DNA of 64,000 nucleotides from Octopus sinensis (lineage: Eukaryota), in contig NC_043009.1 in the NCBI RefSeq assembly GCF_006345805.1, positions 50,530,001 through 50,594,000 on the forward strand, given 5' to 3'. Numbering within the stretch: position 1 is the stretch's first letter; each line of letters starts with the position of its first letter. A program made the position numbers and the translations under genes. Below, one piece after another: positions 1 through 11,177 of the stretch. The notes beneath the pieces were generated by a model. The model was not told the DNA's origin and searched no databases. It saw nothing but the letters and a program-made list of their open reading frames with translations.

Positions 1-562
1 CTTGGCTCCCGTTGAGAACTGACAAGTTAGATCATGCAACTCAGGTTAGTAATTAAATTGAGTCCTTCACCATCATATTATCCTCAAATTGTGAGGCGCA
101 AAACCAAACAGCACATATTCATGGCTAGAAAGAACTATTTCTTCAAACAGGATGCTGTTGAGTGAAGGAAAGCTGTCAATAAACTTCACTGTGCTAATGG
201 AACTTAATTGTAATGAGGATCTTCCTTTTCAGTTACACTGTTGCCGTGTTAGTTTGATTAGGAAACGCGTAATATTGATTCCTTTGAACCAGGCATAAGG
301 CCAATTTCTATAGAAGAGGAATATAGTTGATTGAATCAACTTCATATTATATAACTTAACTAATACTTGGTTTACTGACCCCTGTAGCATGAAAGGCAAC
401 ATAGTCAGTACTGGTAGGGTTCGAACTGTGAATGAATGTAAAGGGACAAACTTAAATAAAGCATTTAGTGCAACACTCTACAGTTCCCTATCGACTGCTG
501 TCGAGGAGATAAACATATTGATTTAATGTTCAGCAACAAGATGAGTATATGGTTCAGTGAAT

Positions 563-947
563 TTACTCTCTTTACTCTTTTACTCTTTTACTTGTTTCAG
601 TCATTTGACTGTGGCCATGCTGGAGCACCGCCTTTAGTCGAGCAAATCGACCCCGGGACTTATTCTTTGTAAGCCCAGTACTTATTCTATCGGTCTCTTT
701 TGCCGAACCGCTAAGTGACGGGGACGTAAATACACCAGCATCATTTGTCAAGCAATGCTAGAGGGACAAACACAGACACACAAACATATACACACACATA
801 CATATATATATAACGGGAAGCTTTATGAAAATAAACAAAAGACGAAGGCAGGTGGAAAACAAACGAACAATTGTATTAGTATGGCGCTCAGGAAATATAA
901 ATAAAACAAGTCTTTAACGTTCCGAGCCTACGCTCTTCAACAGAAAG

Positions 948-1002
<55 letters not shown>

Positions 1003-1184
1003 ATATATATATACATATATACGATAGGCTTCTTTCAGTTTCCGTCTACCAAATCCAATCACAAGGCTTTGGTCGGCCTGAGGCTATAGCAGAAGACACT
1101 TGCCCAAGATGTCACGCAGTGGGACTGAACCCGGAACCATGTGGTTGGTTAGCAAGCTACTTACCACACAGCCACTCCTGCGCC
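563..1184 (-). mobile_element. SINE family A (tRNA-derived head, internal microsatellite, LINE-type tail), interrupted by an insert at ~811-950
   Basis: Minus strand reads GGCGCAGGAGTGGCTGTGTGGTAAG (A-box-like) ... GGTTCAGTCCC (B-box-like) ... CTTGGGCAAGTG (CORE-like) ... GGCGGTGCTCCAGCATGGCCACAGTCAAATGACTGAAAC (AGTAAAAG)n; near-identical copies elsewhere in the window. Confidence 0.9.
811..950 (-). mobile_element. Penelope-like element terminal fragment with degenerate hammerhead-like motif
   Basis: Non-SINE 140-bp insert inside the (TA)n of SINE A; minus strand TCTTT-CTGTTGA-A-GAGC-GTAG-GCTC-GGAA-CGTT-AAAGA resembles the minimal hammerhead of Penelope-like elements. Confidence 0.5.
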
Positions 1185-2040
1185 TATATTACTGGTACTT
1201 ACCACACAGCCATGCAGTGGGACTGAACCCAGAACCATGTGGTTGGTTAGCAAGCTACTTACCACACAGCCACTCCTGCGCCTAATTACTGGAACTTATT
1301 TTATTGACCCTATAGTGTATTATCAAAGTAAGTGGGATTTAAGGTGTAAAGCAACAAAACTAAATACAAGGCTTGAAAAAACAAGGAGTGGTGACAAAAA
1401 GTGCACACAGCTGTAGAAAAATACCCAAAGTCTTGTCCAATATACACCAGTATGGTAAAAAAAAAAAAAAAAACGGATGTAAAAACAATGATAATGGAAG
1501 CATTTTGTGTGATTCTCTTACAGTTTTTCTGCTTCACCAACTTCAGTTTTATTTGTTGTTATTGCTATTATTATTATTTATATACATTTAAACATCTGTT
1601 CCCCATATGAACACAAGCCAGAAGACATTTCAAATAGATATTTACATGGATTGTTTGAGCAGATGTTTCATAATGGCTTTATGCTAACCACTCGAGTATG
1701 AAGTGGAAATGGTAATTAATTTTGAGAGAAATATGCTAAGCCAAGGAGTGTAATGTACAATGCTCAGGGTCTTAACACAATACCAACTGTCTGAGTTGAA
1801 ACTGTGACTGATGGATAAGTATTTCAGTGCTTTAAGCAGTCAAGCCATCATTTCAGCAACAACTGTTTTTGTTTGGAATTTAAGTACATCTTAAAATTTC
1901 ATTGTTATGTACCTTAATACTTATAATGATAAGATGTAATGTAAGATATATACATAATTAGCAAACTTGCTAATTAAGGTGATTTGTGGCATATAGTCTG
2001 ATGCCAAACATTCCAAATAATGTTCTACGTATTTTTAACA

Positions 2041-2734
2041 GAACCAGTTGTTCTGGTTGTTGTTTAGCCCCTGGTCATACCTGATTAAGCTGACATATGA
2101 TCAAAGACATACCAACTATGACCATCCCATCTTTTTCCCATGTGAAAGTACCATGGTACCACATTTTCCAATGAGTCCTTTTTGTAAGACAATGTGGTGT
2201 GATATGAGGGAATTTTAACTGATATTTCTGGCAGGCTGAACTATCACACAGAGACTCCCTCATTTGACTCAAAAGAACCACCAGTTGTTCTGGTTGTTGT
2301 TTAGCCCCTGATTAAGCTGAAATATGATCAAAAACATACCAACTATGACCATCCCGTCTTTTTTCTATGTAAAAGTACCATGGTACCACATTTTCCAATG
2401 TGTCCTTTTTGTAAGACAATCTGGTGTAATATGAGGGAATTTTGACTGATATTTCTGGCAGGCTGAACTACCACATAGAGACTCCCTCATTTGACTCAAA
2501 AGAACCACCAGTTGTTCTAGTTGTTGTTTAGCCCCTGATTAAGCTGAAATATGATCAAAGACATACCAACTATGACCATCCCATCTTTTTTCTATGTGAA
2601 AGTACCATGGTACCACATTTTCCAGTGTGTCCTTTTTGTAAGACAATGTGGTGTGATATGAGGGAATTTTGACTGATATTTCTGGCAGGCTGAACTATCA
2701 CATAGAGACTCCCTCATCTGACTCTAAAGAACCA
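2041..2734 (-). repeat. Three tandem copies (237, 227, ~227 bp) of an old SINE-like family E element
   Basis: CCAGTTGTTCT restarts at 2044, 2281 and 2508; diverged relatives at ~7415-8045, ~12290-12420 and ~41780-42110. Confidence 0.9.
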
Positions 2735-3030
2735 TCGTTAAAATAAGGTTTCCTACATATATGGAAACAATGAAATAGAAGTGACATATTTGAGATTATG
2801 AGCCATTAGCAGGTAGTTTCAATACTTTATCAATTAAGCTATCAATTCAACCACACAGTGGGTCAGGAGTCAAACTATAAGATCAAGCAGTTACACAGCA
2901 CAATGAGACTTTAGATTTATAGATAGATGCCAGTCCAAATGGAGTTTAACAGAATGGTGTTCTCAATACTGCTATTACATGAACATATCATATTGTATAA
3001 TAAATGGATTCATAATTCTTCACTCTTCTT

Positions 3031-3328
3031 AAATACACTTCAGTAGAATAGCAGTAATTATCATTGTTTTAACGTCCACTTTTCCATGCTTGCATGGGTT
3101 GGATAGGATTTGTTGAGGCAGATTTTCTATGGTTGTATGTTCTGTCACCGGTCCTTACCTGTTCCTAAGAAAGGAATATAAATACACTTCAGTAGAATAG
3201 CAGTAATTATCATTGTTTTAACGTCCATTTTTCCATGCTTGCATGGGTTGGATAGGATTTGTTGAGGCAGATTTTCTATGGTTGCATGTTCTGTCACCGG
3301 CCCTTACCTGTTCCTAAGAAAGGAATAT
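3031..3328. repeat. 149-bp tandem duplication containing an RTE-type tail remnant
   Basis: AAATACACTTCAGTAGAATAGC starts at 3031 and 3180; copies differ by about 3 substitutions. Confidence 0.95.
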
Positions 3329-3449
3329 TTCCCCTTCTTGACCAAATGTTTTCTTAGAAGATTGGAAATGAATGACAATGCTTGCATGACAGTGGTACTT
3401 ATTTATGATTATTAAGTGAAATCAAGGTAAGAAGGCAGTAAAACGCAAA

Positions 3450-3625
3450 TACACACACACACACACACACATAGAGGACAGGCTTCTTTCCGCTTCCATC
3501 TACCAAATCCACTCACAAAGCTTTAATCAGCCTGGGGCTACTTGCCCAAGGCACCATGCAGTGGGACTGAACTCAAAACCATGTAGCCAGGGAGTTAATT
3601 TCTTACCTCACAGCCATTCTTGTGC
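3450..3625 (-). mobile_element. Old SINE A 5' half
   Basis: CTACCAAATCCACTCACAAAGCTTT ... CTTGCCCAAGGCACCATGCAGTGGGACTGAAC. Confidence 0.75.
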
Positions 3626-3655
3626 CTATCAATGGGAATTTTAATTTCCATGTAA

Positions 3656-3657
<2 letters not shown>

Positions 3658-3691
<34 letters not shown>

Positions 3692-3864
3692 GTTTAGCGT
3701 CCACTTTCCATGCTAGCATGGGTTGGACAGTTCAACTGGGGTCTGGGAAGCCAGAAGTCTGCACCAGGCCCAGTCTGATCAGGCAGTGTTTCTACGGCTG
3801 GATGCCCTTCCTAACGCCAACCACTCCGTGAGTGTAGTGGGTGCTTTTTATGTGCCACCGGCAC
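3658..3864 (-). mobile_element. Family C non-autonomous retroelement (RTE-type 3' end with (GAT)n tail), 5'-truncated
   Basis: (CAT)n CGTTTAGCGTCCACTTTCCATGCTAGCATGGGTTGGAC; GTAATT on both flanks (possible TSD); homologous copies at 4900, 12690, 15801, 21940, 60690. Confidence 0.8.
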
Positions 3865-4005
3865 GTAATTATTAATTTAACTATGACAATCACAAAATAT
3901 GTACAATTAACTAAGATCTATGAAATTAACAGCTCCTAAATAGACACCTAAGATTCACATAGAAATTGAGGTTGTTTTACATGAAAGTTTGACCTTTAAT
4001 TATAT

Positions 4006-4240
4006 ATTTCTTACCACCCACAAGGGGCTACACACAAAGGAGACAAACAAGGACAGACAAACGGATTACGTCGACCCCAGTGCATAACTGGTACTTAATT
4101 CATCGACCCCGAAAGGCTGAAAGGCAAAGTCGACCTCAGTGGAATTTGAACTCAGAACATAATGGCAGACGAAATACAGCTACGCATTTCGCCCAGCGTG
4201 CTAACGTTTCTGCCAGCTCACCACCTTTGCCAGCTCGCCA
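4006..4240 (-). mobile_element. SINE family B, young subfamily B1
   Basis: Minus strand GAGCTGGCAGAAACGTTAGCACG ... GAGTTCAAATTCC (B box) ... GTCGACTTTGCCTTTCA ... TGTCCTTGTTTGTC ... CCCCTTGTGGG. Confidence 0.9.
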
Positions 4241-4899
4241 AAGCTGAAAATAAGTGAGGACTGAGGCAATTGCTACCATCTGGTGCTTGAAGATTAAATA
4301 ACTCTGATATGTATGAAAATTATTATTTATAAGTAAATTATTCTTATTAGAAAGAGGTGACTTAAAAGAGTAAGTGAAGTGTGAGCACTATGAATTAGTC
4401 AGCAGCTGTATTTAAAATGAAAAAAAAAAAAAGGAAACTGATTCCATATTAAATTATTCCAGCTTGGGATCAATAAGGAAATGTGTTGCTAGTATTAGCT
4501 GACTTTCTGTAACAGCTAGATAATCAAATAATATCATCTACATAATTAGCAAAATTTAAAATTCAAGAAATTCTTTTCTTCAACAAAATAAGACAATAAG
4601 AATCCAAGTAACAGATCCAGTGTTATATTTGGTGGAGGGGGTGGACATTTGAATGCATTCTAGAAATGATGGTGCTAATTAAAAATTGAAAGGCATATTC
4701 TCTTCACTATTATATATATGTTGTGATGTAAATAATTCACAAAGATATAACAACAAATGTTTTAAATGAAGATCTGTTATATAACAGACAAAATACAATA
4801 TATAACAAAAGGTTAAGGAGCTCTTTGACTTTATGAAGCTGTAAACCATCTTGTCTTCTGGACTGCAAACACTCACTGTCCCATCTCGTTAGATGTCTG

Positions 4900-4933
<34 letters not shown>

Positions 4934-5110
4934 TTAACATCTGTTTTTCCATGTAGGCATGGGTTGGACAGGTTGACTGAAAACTGGTAAGCTGGGGAGC
5001 TGCACCAGGTTTCAATCTGATTTGGCTTGGTTTCTAAAGCTGGATGCTCTTCCTAACCACTCTAAGAGTGTAGTGGGTGCTTTTTAGTGGCACTGGCATG
5101 GGTGCCAGTT
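4900..5110 (-). mobile_element. Family C (RTE-tailed) copy
   Basis: (CAT)n TTAACATCTGTTTTTCCATGTAGGCATGGGTTGGAC ... GTGTAGTGGGTGCTTTT. Confidence 0.75.
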
Positions 5111-5148
5111 GTGAAACACCAGTGTGTTAATAATCCTTTCTATTATAT

Positions 5149-5381
5149 ATTTCTTTGCTGCCCACAAGGGGCTAAACATAGAGGGGACAAACAAGGACAG
5201 ACAAAGGGATTAAGTCGATTACACCCCCCCCCCCAGTGCGAAACTGGTACTTTATTTATCAACCCCGAAAGGATGACAGGCAAAGTCGACCTCGGCGGAA
5301 TTTGAACTCACAACGTAACGACAGACGAAATACCGCTAAGCATTTCGCCCGGCACGCTAATGTTTCTGCCAACTCGCCGCC
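5149..5381 (-). mobile_element. SINE B1 inserted in the tail of an older B2 copy
   Basis: Full B1 sequence flanked by the 13-bp direct repeat CCTTTCTATTATA (5135-5147 and 5380-5392). Confidence 0.9.
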
Positions 5382-5592
5382 TTTCTATTATAAGCACAGG
5401 ACTTGAAATTTTGGAGGAGGGGACTAGTTGACTACATCAACCCCAGTGTTCTACTGGTACTCATTTTATTGACTGTAAAAGGATGAAAGGCAAAGTCGAC
5501 CTCAGTGGAAATTGAGCTCCGAATATAAAAATGGACGAAATGCTGCTAAGCATTTTGTCCTGTGAGCTAAGGATTTTGCCAGCTTGCAGCTT
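5382..5592 (-). mobile_element. SINE B, older subfamily B2
   Basis: Same head and body as B1 (AAAGGATGAAAGGCAAAGTCGACCTC) but a different tail; flanked by GTGTGTTAA at 5122 and 5597. Confidence 0.8.
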
Positions 5593-7213
5593 TTGTGTGT
5601 GTTAACAATGAAAAATCATAAGTAATAACAGCATTGTTTCTTATCTTAGTTATATACAAATATAAGAGAGTCTTTGAATTGTCTTACAGAAATGAAATGA
5701 AATGCAGCTTCAAGCATTTTGTCTACACGTCTAGCACTTGAGAGTCAATCTTCATATCTCTTAGACAGTATTCCATTTCCGTAGGGAAATTCAAAACCCT
5801 TTTATACCTGTATATAAACCAAGAAATGATACTTTCATTGCTTCTGACTAATTTTTCTTTTCATTATTAATAATAATATATTATTCTGAACACTACCAAG
5901 AACTTTTCAGTTTTGTATATATGTGTGTGTGTGTAGGGGGGGGGTGTATATGTGTGGGTGGATGTGAATGTGTGTATGCAGTGTACACATGTTGGAAGGG
6001 AAACATATTCAGACTGATAGTTTTGAATTTCATATTAACAGTTTCCTATTTCTCCATAACACTATTATCTTCACAATATAAATTATAGAATTTGGAACAA
6101 TAATAGAACAGAATTTTCACCGAGATGGTCAATTCTATTCTACACTTTGAAATTCACCTGCTAACCAAAAATGATAAAATACTTTTCTGTTGCTTCTTTT
6201 TTTTTGTTTTTGTTTCTAATTTCCTTAGAAGCTAGTTATCATAACAGTAAGCAATACAACTGAATATAACAGAGAGAGAGACAAAAGAAAGCAGAAAGAG
6301 ATCATAGCTAAAGAAACGGATCATAGCTAAAATTACTGAATAACAAAAATATATACTTTAAAATTTCAATCTCATATTCATGTCATAATTATAATTAAAA
6401 TATACTTTATGGCACATTTCACTGAACCTAGATTTTATTTGTTATTTATTTATTTGTTTGCTTTTTTACTTGATATAAAAGTAATTTTGAATATATCAGT
6501 CAATAAGAAAATAATAGTTATGTTTTTGTTGTATAAATGCTTTTAAAATGATTTTCAGTTTTATCTCAGAATATAAGCATCTGAGTAAATTTTAAGACAG
6601 AATCAGTAGTAACAGTAGATTCAGACTTGTACAGTACTAACAATAAATTTCTCTCTATTTTCACCACTTGTGGTTGCAGCTCATTGAGGAAAAAACATGT
6701 TTAAAAATAGAAAACAAAAGAATCAAGGAAAAATTTATTATAGTACATACATGGTATTTGTAACATTTTATATACATTAATGGTAGGAGGGGAAAAAATC
6801 AGGTTACATACAGTATTTTATATAAACAAGATATATTGAATGTTGACAACTGGAGGTTGTTTTAAGACAACTTCAGGCAACATGAAAGAAGATAAATTGT
6901 GTGTTAAGCATCAAAATCTTACAAAAATCAATCAGATTCAAAATAGAGAATATATATCTTTTCAATCCCAGTCTTTCGTTTATCAATAGTTTAGCACTTC
7001 TAACAATACAATACCTTGCAATTTAAAGTTAAAATGTCGATAATTGTCAGACATTTTTATTATCTGTGCTAATTTTATGGCATTACTACCTAAAACATTA
7101 GTATGTTTATTAAGAAATTAAAAGAAGTGAAAGTCATTAAGTTATACAATTAAAGTTTGAAAATAATAGTCTTTTTATGAGGAGAAAACAAAATAATCTG
7201 TATATATATATAT

Positions 7214-7332
7214 GCTTACGGCCATATCACGTTGAAAGCACCGGTTCTTGTCTGATCACCGAAGTTAAGTAACATCGAGCCTAGTTAGTACTTAAATGGG
7301 TGACCGCTTGGGAAAACTAGGTGCTGTAAGCA
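7214..7332 (+). pseudogene. 5S rRNA-derived sequence (full length, mutated), head of a putative 5S-SINE
   Basis: GCTTACGGCCATATCACGTTGAAAGCACCGG...GATCACCGAAGTTAAG...GTTAGTACTT..ATGGGTGACCGCTTGGGAAAACTAGGTGCTGTAAGCA is recognisably metazoan 5S; helix I GCTTAC/GTAAGC pairs; CpG-type decay (CTTGTCTGA, AACATCG); isolated copy with no T-run directly after. Confidence 0.9.
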
Positions 7333-7403
7333 TTCCTCATTCAGCGGTGGTGCCCCAGCATGGCCGTGGCCTTCGGGCTAAAACATTTTTAAGGATTTAA
7401 GGA
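7214..7403 (+). mobile_element. Putative 5S rRNA-derived SINE (SINE3) with LINE-type tail
   Basis: 5S followed by GGTGGTGCCCCAGCATGGCCG-hairpin-AAAC and (TTTAAGGA)2; tail matches SINE A and the LINE end at 28780-28842. Confidence 0.65.
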
Positions 7404-7511
7404 TATAGCAAATCAGAGAGACTGTATATTGCCACTCAATCAACTTGAAATGGTCATCATATACTCTCTGAAATCACACCCTACTATTTTTAAAATAAAG
7501 GGCTACATTAA

Positions 7512-7943
7512 CCCTTTAGCATTTAAACATGCCATATCCAGCCCAATTATTCTCCCTGTTTTATGTTCAAACCAGCCAGATCAGGCCTTTTACATCAGCC
7601 CTACAATGTTGTTCTAAAAATAATTATCTATTTCTTTACTACCCACAAGGGGCTAAACACAGAGGGGACAAACAAGGACAGACGAACGGATTAAGTCGAT
7701 TACATCGACCCCAGTCCGTAATTGGTACTTAGTTTATCGACCCCGAAAGGATGAAAGGCAAAGTCGACCTCGGCGGAATTTGAACTCAGAACGTAACGGC
7801 AGATGAAATACGGCTACGCATTTCGCCCGGCGTGCTAACATTTCTGCCATAAATATCAAAGCTATGAGACAATACAAATTTAATTCAAAACATTGTTAAT
7901 AAATAAGTATTACATCTGACAAAGTAATCTGAATACTAATAGT
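7512..7943 (+). mobile_element. TTAA-CCCT (piggyBac-type) MITE interrupted by SINE B1
   Basis: Starts TTAA|CCCTTTAGCATTTAAAC; both halves match the reverse complement of 53205-53427. Confidence 0.65.
7630..7849 (-). mobile_element. SINE B1
   Basis: Near-identical to 5149-5381 and 30088-30317. Confidence 0.9.
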
Positions 7944-8747
7944 GTAATCTGAGATATACAAACAGATGAGATAGTCACAGCTAGAAAGCCTTTTGAAATA
8001 TATGTTTGATCAGGACCGACTTAGGGTTAAATAACAACAACAACATTAACAATTGTATACCTACAGCAACAGCTGGCTATGTTGATTGTGTTGGAAGCAA
8101 CTTGGCAAAGGAGTCGATAATTCCTATTCTGTGATGAAAGATGTGCTATATCACCGAGAACTACATTCAACTCTAAATGACCTGATCCACATAGCTATAA
8201 ATAGGTACCATTGATATGAACGTACAATACACTCCTATAAGTAGCAGAGGTACAATATAGTACTTTACTAGGTTTGTAAATCATGTGTAAATCTTTATAT
8301 ATGCTAAATAACTTTGTTAACTCTAGTTTAGTAAGAATATTGTTGCCAAAGAATAACCTCTACAGTACTCATAATGTACAATGCCTGATAGAAATTGCAA
8401 GAAATCAACACTACTCTTGCCATTAAAGAAGAAGAAAAAAAGAGAGAAGAAAAGAAAAGCTTCTCTTTCAGCCATTATCAAAATGGCTGATGTCTTACAT
8501 AAAAGCTTTTAAAGTGATTCAACACTTTATCTTCAAAAATCAACACCACAGGAATTTAAAGCAGACCTAGTAGCAACTATAAATTTAGATTTGCTTGTTG
8601 TTACTATGATCAAAGTAATATACAAGGAATAAAGCTGTTTGTATTATTTCTTTCTCATATTTTGACACTCATTGACACAAAGATTTAAAAAAAAAAAAAA
8701 AGCAATGCTCGTTTATGTCAAATCGTTATTGTTATCATCGTTAAAGT

Positions 8748-8998
8748 GGAGAACTGGCAGAACTAATTAGAGTATCAGAGAACAATATCGGATTGATTTT
8801 TTGCAGAAATATTGCCAAAAAACAGATATATTAGCAATATTTCTTCCCATTACATTCTGAGTTCAAATTCTGCCAAGGTTGGCTTTGTCTTCCATCCTTA
8901 CAGGGTTGATAAAATAAATACTAGCTGAACACTGGGACAGATGTAATCAACTTAACCCTTGCCCAAAATTTGCTGGATTTGCTCTAAAATTTGAAATC
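8748..8998 (+). mobile_element. Old SINE B2
   Basis: GAGAACTGGCAGAAC ... TTCTGAGTTCAAATTCTGCCAAGG ... GATAAAATAAATACTAG ... AAAATTTGAAATC. Confidence 0.7.
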
Positions 8999-9794
8999 AC
9001 TATCATCATCATGATCATCATCATCATCATCATTGTCACTGTAGTTTTAGCACAATTTTTTTTTCCATACTGACTTACACTGAATAAGGTTTATTTTACA
9101 AAATTTCTCATGACTTCTTGACTCTGTTCCATCCTGTTTGTTTGGGGCCAATAGTCTCAGGTCTACTCTAACTTTTTGCATGAGCTACTTGGTAACAGTA
9201 TATTAAGGAAACACAAGACTTCTTTTGTCTATATTCCTCACAAGCATATTCCATTATTACTTCACAGCACATTTCCATTCATGGCATAATATGCATATAA
9301 GAGAGTTTGGGGATATGTGTGTGTGCATGTGTATGTAAGAAAAAACAAAAACGTGTGTTAGAGAGAGAGAGAAAGAGAGAGAGAAAATGTGTGTATAAGA
9401 GAAAGGATGAGAATAAGTATATATGTTATATGTGCGAGAGAGAAAGAGTGAAAGTATATATGAGAATGAGAGGAGATCACGTGTGCATGTGTGTGTGCAT
9501 GTCAGCTTTGAGAGTATGTATGTGCTTGCAAGGGAGAGAGCATCCATGTGAGTAAGAGAGTGAGAAAGCATATATCACATGCTTGTGTTTGAGTGTATGT
9601 GCTTCTGCTTTTGTGTGTGTGTGTGTGTGTATGTGTGCATGCACATGTATGTGCGTGTGTGAGAAATTGGTAGTGTCAGTGAATGTATATGAGGGAATGA
9701 GAATGTATGTGTACAGATGGAAGTAGTACTCGTGTTTGAACATACTCTCATTGTTATTTTAATGTGTTTTTCCTTCCTGCATGAAAAAAAAAAG

Positions 9795-10015
9795 TCGTGT
9801 GTCTTGTCTGTAAGGCCTAACTATCTTAGATCTGACCTCACCACCTCTTCCAATGTCTTCCTTGGTTTTTCCTTTGCCAAGGGTGTTTTCCACTGCTAGC
9901 ACGTCAGCTTTTCACCCAGCAGGTGTCGATTATACACATTACATGTCTGTACCAGTACAACCACCTTTCCTGCACACACCAACTAATGCCTTGTCATCTC
10001 TCGTGCACTCCATCT
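9795..10015 (-). mobile_element. Degenerate RTE LINE C-terminal fragment
   Basis: Minus strand resembles RTE GRPRKTW..VV..DL (forward AGATCTGACCTCACCACCTCTTCCAATGTCTTCCTTGG). Confidence 0.5.
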
Positions 10016-11177
10016 TTCATACAAGTTTGTATTATCAGAATGAATACCAGAAAAATATAAAAGTTAACAAATTCAAGTTCAATTTACAAGTAAACATTAT
10101 TCAAACCTGTTTTTCAATGTGTGGGGAAACTAACGACTCAACATAATGACTTAACTATTAGGCTATGTTACCTCCTTTTGGTTTCTATTAACTATTAAAA
10201 ACTTGCAGATAATTTTGCAAATTAGTCTTGACGGTGCAAAAAAAATAAATAAATATAAAAGAAAAATAACACTCTAAAAAAAATTCCAAAATCTTCTCTT
10301 TGAATTTCCTCAAAATATGTTTTTGTTATTAAAAAAAAAAGTGCATTGTTGCCACTCTCCACCACTTTCTTATTCCCCTCCTCTCCATCATCATCATTCT
10401 CCTCCTCCTCATCATCATCATCATTGCCATCCTTATCACAAACCTTATTGCTTTTTCAACATTATTCATTTTCTTTATAGCCATTAATTATAAATAATGA
10501 TCATGTTAAAGAAAGGGGGCGGAGCAAAACAGAGAAAGAAAAGAACATAATAAAGAAAATGGCAAAATGCTGTAGTTGGCATCCAACAAAGCTTACCACA
10601 CCTCTGTCTGATAATGATGACATTATGAAAGTTTTAAAATTGGATTATAACATTATATCACAGGAAAAGCTATTGGCTAGGTTCAGAGGTTGGAAAGAAA
10701 CTTTTTTGTCTACCTAATGGACACACATCCTCAATCAATTTCCTAAATTTCTTTGGGGAAATCCTGACAGCTACCATAAATAAATAAATAAACGACTGAC
10801 TGAATGACTGAATGAATAAATAAATAAATAAATGCATAAATAAATTATTAAATTCTTCTTCATGCAGGCAAATACCTAAAAAAATATTCCAGCAAGTTAT
10901 ACTTCTTTAATGAAAGCAGAGCATTTTTTCCAATCCTTCTCTATGCTTTCCCATCACCCTATCAACACCTCATTCTGTTTATCACAAAACACACCCCTAC
11001 CCAAGGTTTCTGCTACACCACTAACAAGGCTGGATCTATTGCAACCACTTTATTCCTTGGTGCCAAGTGAAGCGATATTGAGTTATCTTCCCTCCTACCA
11101 TTATTAGCAAGCAAAAACTGGAGGAGAGTAATGAATTAATTTCGGCAGTTTTTGCAAAGGTCTCTCAGCTTTAGTCT

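Larger units (their letters stand above)
7415..8045 (+). mobile_element. Old family E element split by a MITE that itself carries a SINE B1
   Basis: 7415-7507 and ~7945-8045 resemble the two halves of the reverse complement of the 2041-2734 unit; (AAC)n tail. Confidence 0.55.

Noticed and set aside
1100-1285. Recurring ORFs ending GLNPEPCGW or MWLVSKLLTTQPLL
   Set aside because: Antisense translations of the SINE A head, not a gene family.
7214-7332. Functional 5S rRNA gene
   Set aside because: Isolated copy with several substitutions at conserved positions, no adjacent terminator and a retroposon tail.
8131-8190. C/D-box snoRNA-like GTGATGA...CTGA
   Set aside because: Only about 55 nt, weak terminal stem and no recognisable guide; such boxes occur by chance.
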